A stretch of DNA of 64,000 nucleotides from a phage: sequence record PQ374922.1, one strand, 5' to 3'. The notes below the pieces were generated by a model. It was given only the letters and a program-made list of their open reading frames with translations. It was not told the DNA's origin and did no database searches. Position numbers and translations under genes: made by a program. Shown here piece after piece: positions 25,909-34,234 of the stretch. Position 1 is the first letter of the stretch. Each line of letters starts with the position of its first letter.

Positions 25909-26931
25909 ATGGGTAATTTATTCGATCGTCTGAAAGCATCCCGTGGCCAGCAAACTGAAGCTATGCAGGCGCGTCTTGCACAGCAAGGCCAGAAGTCCGG
26001 TTTCCAGAAGGATCCTCGCATCTGGAAATGGACTTGGAACAAAGATGGTATCTCTGAGAACATCATCCGCTTCCTGCCAGTCCCGCTGGTAGACCTCAAG
26101 GCACAGGAAGAAGGAACGATCGATAAAGATCAGATCCTTACCCCTTGTGCCATGATCATGAAGCATCAGTTCCAGGGACCTGGTGGCTGGTACATTGAGA
26201 ACTCACCTCAGACGTTCGGCAACGACGATCCGGTGCGCGACCATGACCGTCCGCTGTGGGCGCAGCAGAAAGAAACGAACGACGAAAAGCTGAAGGACAT
26301 CCTGAAGAAACGTCTACCCGACACCAAATACTACGCTAACATTCTGGTGATCAAAGATGTCAACGTACCGGAAAACAACGGCAAGGTCTTCCTGCTGGAA
26401 TTTGGTAACGCCATCAAGAAAATCCTGGATCAGGCGCAGAATCCTAAGTTCCCAACCGACCCTAAATTCGATCCGTTCGATCTGTGGGAAGGTGCCAACC
26501 TGAACCTGAAGCTCTTTGGCGAGCAGAAGAAGTTTGGGAACTGGGAAGGTCTGGTGGCAAACTTCAGTAAGGTGGTGTGGGAGAACCCTGCCCCGCTGAG
26601 TGATGACGAAGCGTATATGGAAGACGTCTGGTCTCGCGAGCACAGCCTGTTTGAATTCTTCAATCCGGCTAACTTCAAAGACTACGACTCCCTGGAAAAG
26701 CGCCTGCGCAAAGTTCTGGCAATCCCTGATGACCAGCCTCTGGTTGAAGGTGGTGCAGCCACGATGGCTCATGCTCCTAGCACCCAGACCACACATCAGC
26801 CAACTGCTCAAGACAGCCTGAAACAGCAACAGGCCGCGCCGTCGCAGGCTCAGACTCAGACTCAGTCTCAACCGAATGCCAGAAACACGGCTTCCATTGA
26901 CGAATTCGAGCAGTATCTCAAGTCTAACTGA
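25909..26931 (+). CDS. 32: single-stranded DNA-binding protein (T4 gp32 family)
   Basis: Core matches remembered T4 gp32: IIRFLP, YYANILVIKDVNVPENNGKVF (T4 [21 protein letters not shown]), WEGANL; acidic C-terminal tail. Confidence 0.92.
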   Translation: MGNLFDRLKASRGQQTEAMQARLAQQGQKSGFQKDPRIWKWTWNKDGISENIIRFLPVPLVDLKAQEEGTIDKDQILTPCAMIMKHQFQGPGGWYIENSPQTFGNDDPVRDHDRPLWAQQKETNDEKLKDILKKRLPDTKYYANILVIKDVNVPENNGKVFLLEFGNAIKKILDQAQNPKFPTDPKFDPFDLWEGANLNLKLFGEQKKFGNWEGLVANFSKVVWENPAPLSDDEAYMEDVWSREHSLFEFFNPANFKDYDSLEKRLRKVLAIPDDQPLVEGGAATMAHAPSTQTTHQPTAQDSLKQQQAAPSQAQTQTQSQPNARNTASIDEFEQYLKSN

Positions 26932-26937
26932 TCAACA

Positions 26938-26964
26938 AGCCATCTTCGGATGGCTTTTTATTTT
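26938..26964 (+). terminator. intrinsic terminator after gp32 gene
   Basis: AGCCATC-TTCG-GATGGCT followed by TTTTTATTTT. Confidence 0.7.
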
Positions 26965-27902
26965 CCCATCACGTCTTGCAATATTCCCAACAGGCTTGTC
27001 TTCTCCGCCGCCGTCAGGTTATCGTTACCCATGATGTCACGAGAGATACCTACCGAGATGCGCTCGAAGTCCTGTATGCTTATCCCAGCCAGGTTGTTTA
27101 CAAGTTGGTCAAGCTGTTTGTAAGCCAGGAGAGCCTCTCCTGTGAAGTTCCCTTCTTTCAACTTGCGATAAAGCTGTCCAGCTTTTGAGGCCGCAGTTTC
27201 CCAGTCACCACTGGTAAGAGCGTCAGCAATGCCGAGAGGAAGAAAATCGCTGGAAAGGCTGCGTGTTTCATATTCTGTCTCCGAAAGCACTTTGTTGTAA
27301 GAGAAAGAAATGTTGTACTGGTTGAACTGGTCTGTGGCACCTTTATCTAGCTCAATAGAACTGAAATTTATTGGGTGAGCCTCGACGATGTAGACGCGGT
27401 GGACCACTTGATCTTCGGTGTCAAGCTGTTCAATGCATATGTCAGTCACGAAGTCTTCGTAATATCCCATTTTGGTGGTGTGTGGATCAAAGATCAGACT
27501 CTTCCACTTGTCCATCACAGACTTCTCATAATAGTCATTGGCTAATAAGAATGACAAGTCGAGGTCGACGTTGGACTTGTTGTTCGGCATCTTGATGTGA
27601 TTACCGTTGTTTGTCATTGGAGTGGTGTCGATACCAACCCCTGGCAATGAGGCAACCATACACATCATCTGAAGGGAACGGGACGTCTGGTTTGTCCCTC
27701 CAAAGAAAGCGTTTACAATACGGGCTGACTGCTTAAACAAGTCACCAAAAGATGAATTGGTTCTGTACGCCTTTCCGTCATTAGCCAGAGTGGCATTGGA
27801 GTCAAAGATCCCTGGTGGTAGAGGGATGGTCACTCTGAAGCGGTTCTTGCGCGACAAGCCCCGCTGTAATATCTGTGTGATAAAATTGCGATAGTCTTCC
27901 AC
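26958..27902 (-). CDS. virion structural protein (putative baseplate/tail-tube-associated)
   Basis: 314 aa; GTG start with GGAG SD; exact TATAAATA late-promoter motif 35 nt upstream; no catalytic motifs. Confidence 0.4.
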   Translation of the reverse strand: MEDYRNFITQILQRGLSRKNRFRVTIPLPPGIFDSNATLANDGKAYRTNSSFGDLFKQSARIVNAFFGGTNQTSRSLQMMCMVASLPGVGIDTTPMTNNGNHIKMPNNKSNVDLDLSFLLANDYYEKSVMDKWKSLIFDPHTTKMGYYEDFVTDICIEQLDTEDQVVHRVYIVEAHPINFSSIELDKGATDQFNQYNISFSYNKVLSETEYETRSLSSDFLPLGIADALTSGDWETAASKAGQLYRKLKEGNFTGEALLAYKQLDQLVNNLAGISIQDFERISVGISRDIMGNDNLTAAEKTSLLGILQDVMGK

Positions 27903-27936
27903 GGTGAGGACTCCACTTAAATAAAATAACTGTTAT

Positions 27937-27944
27937 TATTTATA
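27937..27944 (-). promoter_or_regulatory. T4-type late promoter TATAAATA
   Basis: Exact TATAAATA on minus strand, proximal end 35 nt from GTG start 27902. Confidence 0.55.
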
Positions 27945-27955
27945 GGAGTTGACAA

Positions 27956-28660
27956 ATGGCAAAGAATGCAGCTGGCGAAGAAGATCCGTTGCTGTTTCCG
28001 GCCGAGATGGACGCCCCCGAGCTGGTCAAGCGTTACATCCGCAAGTACCGTCAACACTTCGGTCCAGAGGCGAAGCGTAACATCCGCCGTTCGCATGTGT
28101 GGTTCATGGAGCGTGTGTCTAAGGACGCCAACCTGAGTCCCAACCATATGAAACAGGCGTTTGCTGATCACAAACGTCCGGTACAAGGTGTGCGGTATAT
28201 AGTCGGGCGTATGTTCTATTTCAAATATGATGCTCTGACGAAGAATGAACTACCCTACTGGGATATGTACCCTCTGGTGTTCTTCTTCAACTTTGTCAAG
28301 GGTGATGGCATCACCTTTGGAGAGAAGGGTGTGACATACCTCTGGGGGCTCAACATGCACTACCTGCCACCGAAGCTCAGGCTGTTGGTGTTTGAGGATC
28401 TGATCAAGTTGCGTAACGAACGGGCATACCGCTCAAAGACGCGTCTGAAGCTCACCTGGGAAGCCCTGAAGCGCTTCGCCAACCATCCGCTGTACAATCA
28501 CTGTGTGAAGCTGTACCGTGCCGATCAGTTCCGTTCACAGCTTTACGAGATTGAGCCACAGTACTGGGAGATCGTTCTCTTCATGCGCACTGCCCGCTTC
28601 CAGAAACAGAGCCAGATGTCTGTGTGGAAAGATGCACGTCGTATGCATAAGAAGAAATAG
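27956..28660 (+). CDS. hypothetical protein
   Basis: 234 aa basic protein; SD AGGAG upstream of ATG 27956. Confidence 0.5.
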   Translation: MAKNAAGEEDPLLFPAEMDAPELVKRYIRKYRQHFGPEAKRNIRRSHVWFMERVSKDANLSPNHMKQAFADHKRPVQGVRYIVGRMFYFKYDALTKNELPYWDMYPLVFFFNFVKGDGITFGEKGVTYLWGLNMHYLPPKLRLLVFEDLIKLRNERAYRSKTRLKLTWEALKRFANHPLYNHCVKLYRADQFRSQLYEIEPQYWEIVLFMRTARFQKQSQMSVWKDARRMHKKK

Positions 28661-28722
28661 TTCTATAACCCGTTCCGAGGGATAATTCGTGAACAGGTAA
28701 TCCTAAATGATGAGGCTATAAC

Positions 28723-29472
28723 ATGTCACAAATTTATCGTATGTTCGGGTTAGAGTTTACCCCAGCTCGCCTTGATATGAAACTCCCAAATTTTGAAAAG
28801 AGTGGATTCGAAGTCGGTTGTGTTCTGGGTTTCGATCGAAACGGCAGATTCGTTCGCGAACAAAATATTTTCGATGTTCTGGGTGTGAAACCGGACAGTG
28901 AAACAGCAATCCGCTTCGAAGAGGACATCCGTTTTGGTCATTCCGACCTGTACGATTATGTCCGTGATGTGATCGCTGGTTATGAACAAGCTAAAGCACA
29001 CATGAAGATGGCCACCGATGCATGCCTGAAACTGGCGCATTGTCTATACTTCTTTGGTCGCAAGCGTCAGAATCTCGATATGGTATTCCCATCGGAACTG
29101 CTTGAACGCTTCTCTGAAACCGAATTCCTGCTGAAGCAAGCCGACGGAGTTGCTGTCAAATCTAGTGAAGTATTCAAATACCCGATAAATCTGGTGTCTG
29201 GGCATCTGCTGGTAGGGCGTGATCAGGTCGACCTGGCGATTCATCCGGATATGGAGTATGATCAGAACTCCTGTCGTGCCATCCACAACTACGTAGGTGT
29301 CATTCTAGAAAACTTGTACTCAGCCATGGAAGAAGTGATGGCAGCAGAACAACAGGAAGAAGTGATTCGTCGTATCCGCGAAGATATCGAAGGGAAGGTG
29401 AAACAGGATGTTCTAGGGGAATATCCACCAGAGTATTTCCCTGAAGTTCCAAACTTCTACTTGTCCAAATAA
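28723..29472 (+). CDS. hypothetical protein
   Basis: 249 aa; no motif assigned. Confidence 0.5.
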   Translation: MSQIYRMFGLEFTPARLDMKLPNFEKSGFEVGCVLGFDRNGRFVREQNIFDVLGVKPDSETAIRFEEDIRFGHSDLYDYVRDVIAGYEQAKAHMKMATDACLKLAHCLYFFGRKRQNLDMVFPSELLERFSETEFLLKQADGVAVKSSEVFKYPINLVSGHLLVGRDQVDLAIHPDMEYDQNSCRAIHNYVGVILENLYSAMEEVMAAEQQEEVIRRIREDIEGKVKQDVLGEYPPEYFPEVPNFYLSK

Positions 29473-29492
29473 CTCCACTGTGAGAGGTGTGT

Positions 29493-29768
29493 ATGAAACG
29501 TTATCTGAAGCTGACGACTGTCCTTGAGTCGATCATAGAGTATTTCATCATGCAACACCTCCGCGCTGACAACATGCATTTAGACGGTTGCCTGACGTAT
29601 GACCACAAGATCATTGTCCATTCTGTTGAAGTGGTGGATGATGATCTGATGATTGCAAATGTAGAACACTGTCTGTTTGATGAGTCGGTTGATGCGTACT
29701 GCCAACCACGGTTCGCAAAAGTCGAGCTAACAAATTGTTGGCCGCCGGAAATGGTTTTTCTATATTGA
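29493..29768 (+). CDS. hypothetical protein
   Basis: ATG 29493 after GAGAGG SD; 91 aa. Confidence 0.45.
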   Translation: MKRYLKLTTVLESIIEYFIMQHLRADNMHLDGCLTYDHKIIVHSVEVVDDDLMIANVEHCLFDESVDAYCQPRFAKVELTNCWPPEMVFLY

Positions 29769-29860
29769 CGTAGAAAGTTAATATTCACGCAAGTTCGCGC
29801 TCCGCTTGGTCGCGCACCTTATAACACTAAGGTGTTAACTTTCTTTTCAATAAAAAGTAG

Positions 29861-29889
29861 TTTACATCTATGAAAATGCAGTATATTAT
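29861..29889 (+). promoter_or_regulatory. sigma70-like early promoter, copy E (TTTACA-N17-TATTAT)
   Basis: -35 29861..29866, -10 29884..29889; A/T-rich upstream region. Confidence 0.5.
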
Positions 29890-29957
29890 GTTCTCACTAC
29901 ACAGTCAGAACAACAATATGCCGCGGATACGGTCTTAATAACGAAAGGGTTTTTATT

Positions 29958-30794
29958 ATGTCATATATTCTTCATGTGGATTCTGGAACCAAAATTGAAA
30001 TTGAAGGCAAAGACGTTGCGGCTATCCAGGCTGAAATCAAAGAAGCAGGTCTGATCATCGGAAACGTTACCCTGCGCCGTATGGTTGAAGGTGTTCTTCA
30101 GGCTGCCAACGGCTTCGAACTGATTGAAGGTCTGAGCGCTGAAGAGAAGGAAGAAACTCAGCAGGCTCTGGCGCAAGCCCAAGAGCAAGCCCAAGCTGAA
30201 GTATCGCTGAAAGTCGCTGAAACTATTGATGCTGAAGCACCGATCTCTGCCGATGCATGTGAAGCCCCAGTGTCCGACGCCCCGGTAGACGCGGTTGAAG
30301 ATGCAGTCAACGCGGCGCTGGAAGAAGGTAATCAGCCGTCCGACGCGAAAATCGGTTCCTTGGCGTCTTCTATGCTGAAAGAAGCATCGAAGGGTAAGAC
30401 CCTGACCCCGCAGGCAGCGCTGGTAGAGCGTAAACGCCGTCACACCAAACGTGAGGAAATGGTTGACTTGGCTCGCGCTTCTAATCACGGTCCGGTCTTG
30501 GCGGCGATTGAAGCTGGTGTTGTCCCCGGCGTGTTCCTGAGCTACGTGAACCCAGACATGCGTTGGTTCCAGTTCCCGGTCACCGAACTGGCTAACCCTG
30601 AAAACCTTCACGCTCGCACCAATACGTATGTCGACGTTGCGCCTATCGTTTCCGGTGGCTGGGGCTTCAGTCTGTACGTGAACGGCAAGTCCTTCACCAA
30701 ACGTCAGAAGATCAAAGAGTCTGATGCTGAGTCTCTGGTTAAGGCGATCAATGAATGGCTTCCACAGGCTCTGGCTGAAGCGAAAGCTGTGTAA
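29958..30794 (+). CDS. acidic hypothetical protein, probably abundant early protein
   Basis: Own near-consensus promoter (TTTACA-17-TATTAT) and terminator; Glu/Asp/Ala-rich central region; apparently strongly biased codon usage (judged by eye). Confidence 0.6.
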   Translation: MSYILHVDSGTKIEIEGKDVAAIQAEIKEAGLIIGNVTLRRMVEGVLQAANGFELIEGLSAEEKEETQQALAQAQEQAQAEVSLKVAETIDAEAPISADACEAPVSDAPVDAVEDAVNAALEEGNQPSDAKIGSLASSMLKEASKGKTLTPQAALVERKRRHTKREEMVDLARASNHGPVLAAIEAGVVPGVFLSYVNPDMRWFQFPVTELANPENLHARTNTYVDVAPIVSGGWGFSLYVNGKSFTKRQKIKESDAESLVKAINEWLPQALAEAKAV

Positions 30795-30823
30795 ATTTAA
30801 GTTCAGAAACTGTTCAAAAGATG

Positions 30824-30858
30824 AAGGGGCTGCTATAATAGCAGCTCCTTTTGTTTAT
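30824..30858 (+). terminator. intrinsic terminator
   Basis: 12-bp stem AAGGGGCTGCTA/TAGCAGCTCCTT followed by TTGTTTATT. Confidence 0.6.
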
Positions 30859-30869
30859 TGGAGCAGTTT

Positions 30870-31529
30870 ATGTCCTACTCCCTGAAGGGGTTGATGAAGC
30901 GCCCCGTCCACACATTCTTTAAACCACCAGTCGTAAAGGGGATCTATCCAGCACGAGGGCAAATCTACTACGTCAAAGGCTCCAATGGTAGCGGTAAATC
31001 CACTGTACCGTCTCAGCTGGCGGAGAGGGATCCTCAGGCGTATGTCGTGACCCATAACGGCAAGGTAATGCTGACTGTCTGTCCTTCGTTCAACGTGGTC
31101 TGTATCGGTAAATATGACAAGTCGAAGTCCAAGGGGGTTGATTCCCTGAAGGACACTGAGCAGATGTTGTTCGCGTTGTCTATTGCTGACCAACCAGAAT
31201 ACTTGAAATATGATGTGATTTTCGAAGGTATCATTCCATCCACATTATTGAGTTCTTGGATCCCCCGCCTGACGCGCCCACCACGTGAATTGGTTGTGCT
31301 CTTTATGGACACTCCCCTTGAAACGTGTATCTCCCGCGTTAAATCACGTAACGGTGGTGTGGAATTCAATGAAAGTCTGGTGGTCGAGAAGTGGGAGAGA
31401 GTTCATGACCATCGTCAACGACATAAAGACTTGTTCCCTACGGTAGCTGCGGGTATGATGAAGTCTCACGGCCTAACGGTAGACCAGGCTGTGATGGCAT
31501 TCCTCTGTCGTGATTTTGGGAGTATCTGA
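30870..31529 (+). CDS. P-loop kinase (candidate nucleotide or DNA-base kinase)
   Basis: Walker A YYVKGSNGSGKST, Walker-B-like DVIFEG, lid-like RVKSR; first gene of tightly coupled nucleotide-modification operon. Confidence 0.6.
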   Translation: MSYSLKGLMKRPVHTFFKPPVVKGIYPARGQIYYVKGSNGSGKSTVPSQLAERDPQAYVVTHNGKVMLTVCPSFNVVCIGKYDKSKSKGVDSLKDTEQMLFALSIADQPEYLKYDVIFEGIIPSTLLSSWIPRLTRPPRELVVLFMDTPLETCISRVKSRNGGVEFNESLVVEKWERVHDHRQRHKDLFPTVAAGMMKSHGLTVDQAVMAFLCRDFGSI

Positions 31530-32575
31530 TGGAAATCAAAGCAATTAACAACAATGACATGTTGAAGCAGGCTGTCTTGGCTATCCGTGAATTCGGGATC
31601 GAATCTGATCCTGGTAATGCTGAAATCAATACTGATAGCACCCGCTTCCTTGATGGTGTGACTATCACTGTTTCCGATATTCGTGACCGCTGGCTCTCCG
31701 TTGAAGGTCGCAACTCATCGGCTATCGCTGCCATCGGCGAGACCTTCTGGGTGTTGTCAGGTCGCAACGACATAAAGTTCCTGTCACGCGTATTGCCTCG
31801 CGCTGCTAACTTTTCGGATGATGGGGTAACATGGCGAGCTGCTTATGGTCCGCGTCTGTACGCCCATGGCCAGCTGGATAGCGTTATCAACCGCCTGCGC
31901 AAGAACCCAAACACTCGCCAGGCGTACCTCACTATTTATGATCCGGCTTTGGATTCGGATGCTGGTCTGGCGAAGTTCAGCGAGAGCGGCGAAGCGAAGA
32001 CCAAGGACATGGTGTGTAACCTGGCTCTGTTGTTCGCCATCGTTGAAGGTCGTCTGAACCTGACGGTCATCAATCGCTCACAGGATGTTCTGTGGGGGAT
32101 GAGTTCAATAAACTTCATTGAGTTCTCTATTCTTCAGGAAGTGATTGCTCGGGTGCTGGACGTTGACGTCGGTCAGTACAAGCTATTCTCTAATAATCTT
32201 CATTACTACAACAATGAAGTCAGCCAGAAGCAGCTGGGAAAGATCACGAAGGACACCAAAGTAGAAGCTGGGTTCATCAACTCCATGATTCACTTCACGA
32301 ACGTGACCAACCAGAACCATATCCGCAATCTGTTCACTGGTGTGCTTCATCACTGTGATATCGGCAGCCCGTGGGAAACTGTGGTCGCCCACCTGAAGGA
32401 ATATGATGCTGATCGTGGCCTGATTGTACAGATGGCGTACTGTCTGCACTGCAAACTGAACGAAAAGCTCATTAACCTGGACCTGATTCAGGATCATGGC
32501 TTGAACACCGCGCTCACGCATTCCCCGGTTGACCGCAAGATCATTGATCCTAAGTTCCTGGAAGGTGTAGTATGA
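31529..32575 (+). CDS. thymidylate-synthase-fold pyrimidine hydroxymethylase (dCMP/dUMP hydroxymethylase-like)
   Basis: Active-site block DMVCNLALLF...NRSQDVLWG resembles T4 gp42 dCMP hydroxymethylase (FMCTN...MRSNDVVFG, from memory) more than ThyA (PCH...QRSxD); overlaps neighbours. Confidence 0.65.
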   Translation: MEIKAINNNDMLKQAVLAIREFGIESDPGNAEINTDSTRFLDGVTITVSDIRDRWLSVEGRNSSAIAAIGETFWVLSGRNDIKFLSRVLPRAANFSDDGVTWRAAYGPRLYAHGQLDSVINRLRKNPNTRQAYLTIYDPALDSDAGLAKFSESGEAKTKDMVCNLALLFAIVEGRLNLTVINRSQDVLWGMSSINFIEFSILQEVIARVLDVDVGQYKLFSNNLHYYNNEVSQKQLGKITKDTKVEAGFINSMIHFTNVTNQNHIRNLFTGVLHHCDIGSPWETVVAHLKEYDADRGLIVQMAYCLHCKLNEKLINLDLIQDHGLNTALTHSPVDRKIIDPKFLEGVV

Positions 32576-33141
32576 TGTATCCAAATCTTGAATTCTTTAC
32601 GGGGCGCAAGCGCTCCGGTAAGGACTTCTGTTTGGAGTCCCTGATCAGTTATCACCACTTACAGGGTGATATGGACATCCAGCGCCTTTCGTTCTCGGAT
32701 GAACTGCGCCGTGTGGCCAACTACATCTACCCATGGCTCCCAGCGGAGGTAGAGGATGCCGTGAAGGACGTTCCTTACGTGCACCCTGATAACCCCAAGG
32801 GTTTAACTCCACGGCAGATCTGGCTTCATCTAGGCAGCGATACGGGCTTGCGTTACGTACAACCCGATCTGTTCCTGGCATTCTTCAAGCGCTTCCAGCT
32901 TCCTCTGGTAGAGCAGAACCCCCACGTTCATTATATCGTGAGCGATCTGCGTACCCCTCAGGAATATGAATGGGCGCTGAGTACGAAATGTCCTATCACC
33001 CGTATTTCAAAGGCCGACCGTGCTGGTATCATAGAGGACGATATAGAGGCTTTCATTGACCAAATGAAAGTGGACTACGAATTCCTCAATCCATTTGATG
33101 GTTGGGAACCGTTCGTTAAATTCTACGGAGAACGTAAATGA
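32572..33141 (+). CDS. deoxynucleoside monophosphate kinase (T4 gp1 family)
   Basis: P-loop GRKRSGKD matches T4 gp1 GVKRSGKD (from memory); 189 aa. Confidence 0.65.
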   Translation: MMYPNLEFFTGRKRSGKDFCLESLISYHHLQGDMDIQRLSFSDELRRVANYIYPWLPAEVEDAVKDVPYVHPDNPKGLTPRQIWLHLGSDTGLRYVQPDLFLAFFKRFQLPLVEQNPHVHYIVSDLRTPQEYEWALSTKCPITRISKADRAGIIEDDIEAFIDQMKVDYEFLNPFDGWEPFVKFYGERK

Positions 33142-33692
33142 TCACAGCAGGGCATATCAAAAGCCTGCTCGAACTCCAAAAGGCCACTAACGTGGCCTAC
33201 TTTGGGGAAGAGTGGAAGAATGTATGGAGTCAGAACGCAGTCATCAACTCTATCTATCGTGAGTGGGCAGAGTTCCTTGATGAAACCACCCGTGACTGGA
33301 AGGTTTATGGCAACGACATCGGGTTTGATCATACGAACGCAGTTTATGAACTGGTGGACGTGGTACACTTCATGTTGTGCTTCATCCTTGTGGACCGCAC
33401 CAAAGGTGAGATCGAAGAAGAATTTGAAGTCCTTAGTAATCGCGAATTCACCCCATCTGCTTTGGGTGTTGTAGGGCATCGCAATGTTACGTACCGCCTT
33501 GGGCAATTCATGAACGATCCTTGCGTTGAGACTCTCATGTTCTTCCTGTCGTCTGCGTGTTCTTATATGGAGATCGACATTGAGACTTACATACTGGCAC
33601 ACAAACGCAAGAACGATCGCAATCGCCTGCGTGCTGCTGGTGGCGCGGATTACGATAAGTCCGCAGAAACCCCTCTGACCCTGGAGTTCTAA
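33138..33692 (+). CDS. all-alpha dNTP pyrophosphatase (T4 gp56 dCTPase/dUTPase family)
   Basis: YELVDVVHFMLCF resembles remembered T4 gp56 ELVDIFHFVLNMF; EWAEFLDE acidic helix typical of dimeric dUTPase/MazG-like fold. Confidence 0.55.
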   Translation: MITAGHIKSLLELQKATNVAYFGEEWKNVWSQNAVINSIYREWAEFLDETTRDWKVYGNDIGFDHTNAVYELVDVVHFMLCFILVDRTKGEIEEEFEVLSNREFTPSALGVVGHRNVTYRLGQFMNDPCVETLMFFLSSACSYMEIDIETYILAHKRKNDRNRLRAAGGADYDKSAETPLTLEF

Positions 33693-34234
33693 TGTTTACA
33701 GTCGTCGTTTCATACCATGCGGAGAACGCTGCTCAGGCATCCTCCAAATTCGCCGAGCACATCATCGGCGGCGGACATAATGTATTCCTTACTGAATACA
33801 ACAGGCCTGTTAAACCGGGCGACGGTCTTTCGGCGACTGTTACGCATAAGATCGCCAGCGAGCAACCAGAGTCTCTGTTCAGGATGATCGAAGAGTATGC
33901 CGGTGGTGGCACCAAGATACCAGATGAACTGGTAGACGTCTATTTTGAAGGCTCGATCTATTACATCCACGCTATGCCAAAGGATGTAACCATTGAACAG
34001 ATGATGTATATCCTGAATATAGCACTGAACACTGCGTGCATCAACCGCACGAACTACAACAATCTGCGCAATATGTACCTAACCGACCGGCATAATGACG
34101 CATCGTCGCTTGTTGAGACAATGTCCCTGAAGAGCATCCAAGAGGCGGTTAACATTTTGTCCCAGAAGGTTATGGGTGTAGAATTATTAACGACGATCAA
34201 CAATAAAGAGGAAGTGAAATGGCCAGTTCATTAA
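33692..34234 (+). CDS. hypothetical protein
   Basis: 180 aa; last gene of the nucleotide operon before uvsX; no motif assigned. Confidence 0.5.
   Translation: MFTVVVSYHAENAAQASSKFAEHIIGGGHNVFLTEYNRPVKPGDGLSATVTHKIASEQPESLFRMIEEYAGGGTKIPDELVDVYFEGSIYYIHAMPKDVTIEQMMYILNIALNTACINRTNYNNLRNMYLTDRHNDASSLVETMSLKSIQEAVNILSQKVMGVELLTTINNKEEVKWPVH

Noticed and set aside
29961-30611. 216-aa minus-strand ORF antisense to the acidic protein gene
   Set aside because: Plus-strand gene has consensus promoter, SD and terminator; the minus-frame translation is Arg/Phe-rich antisense-type sequence.
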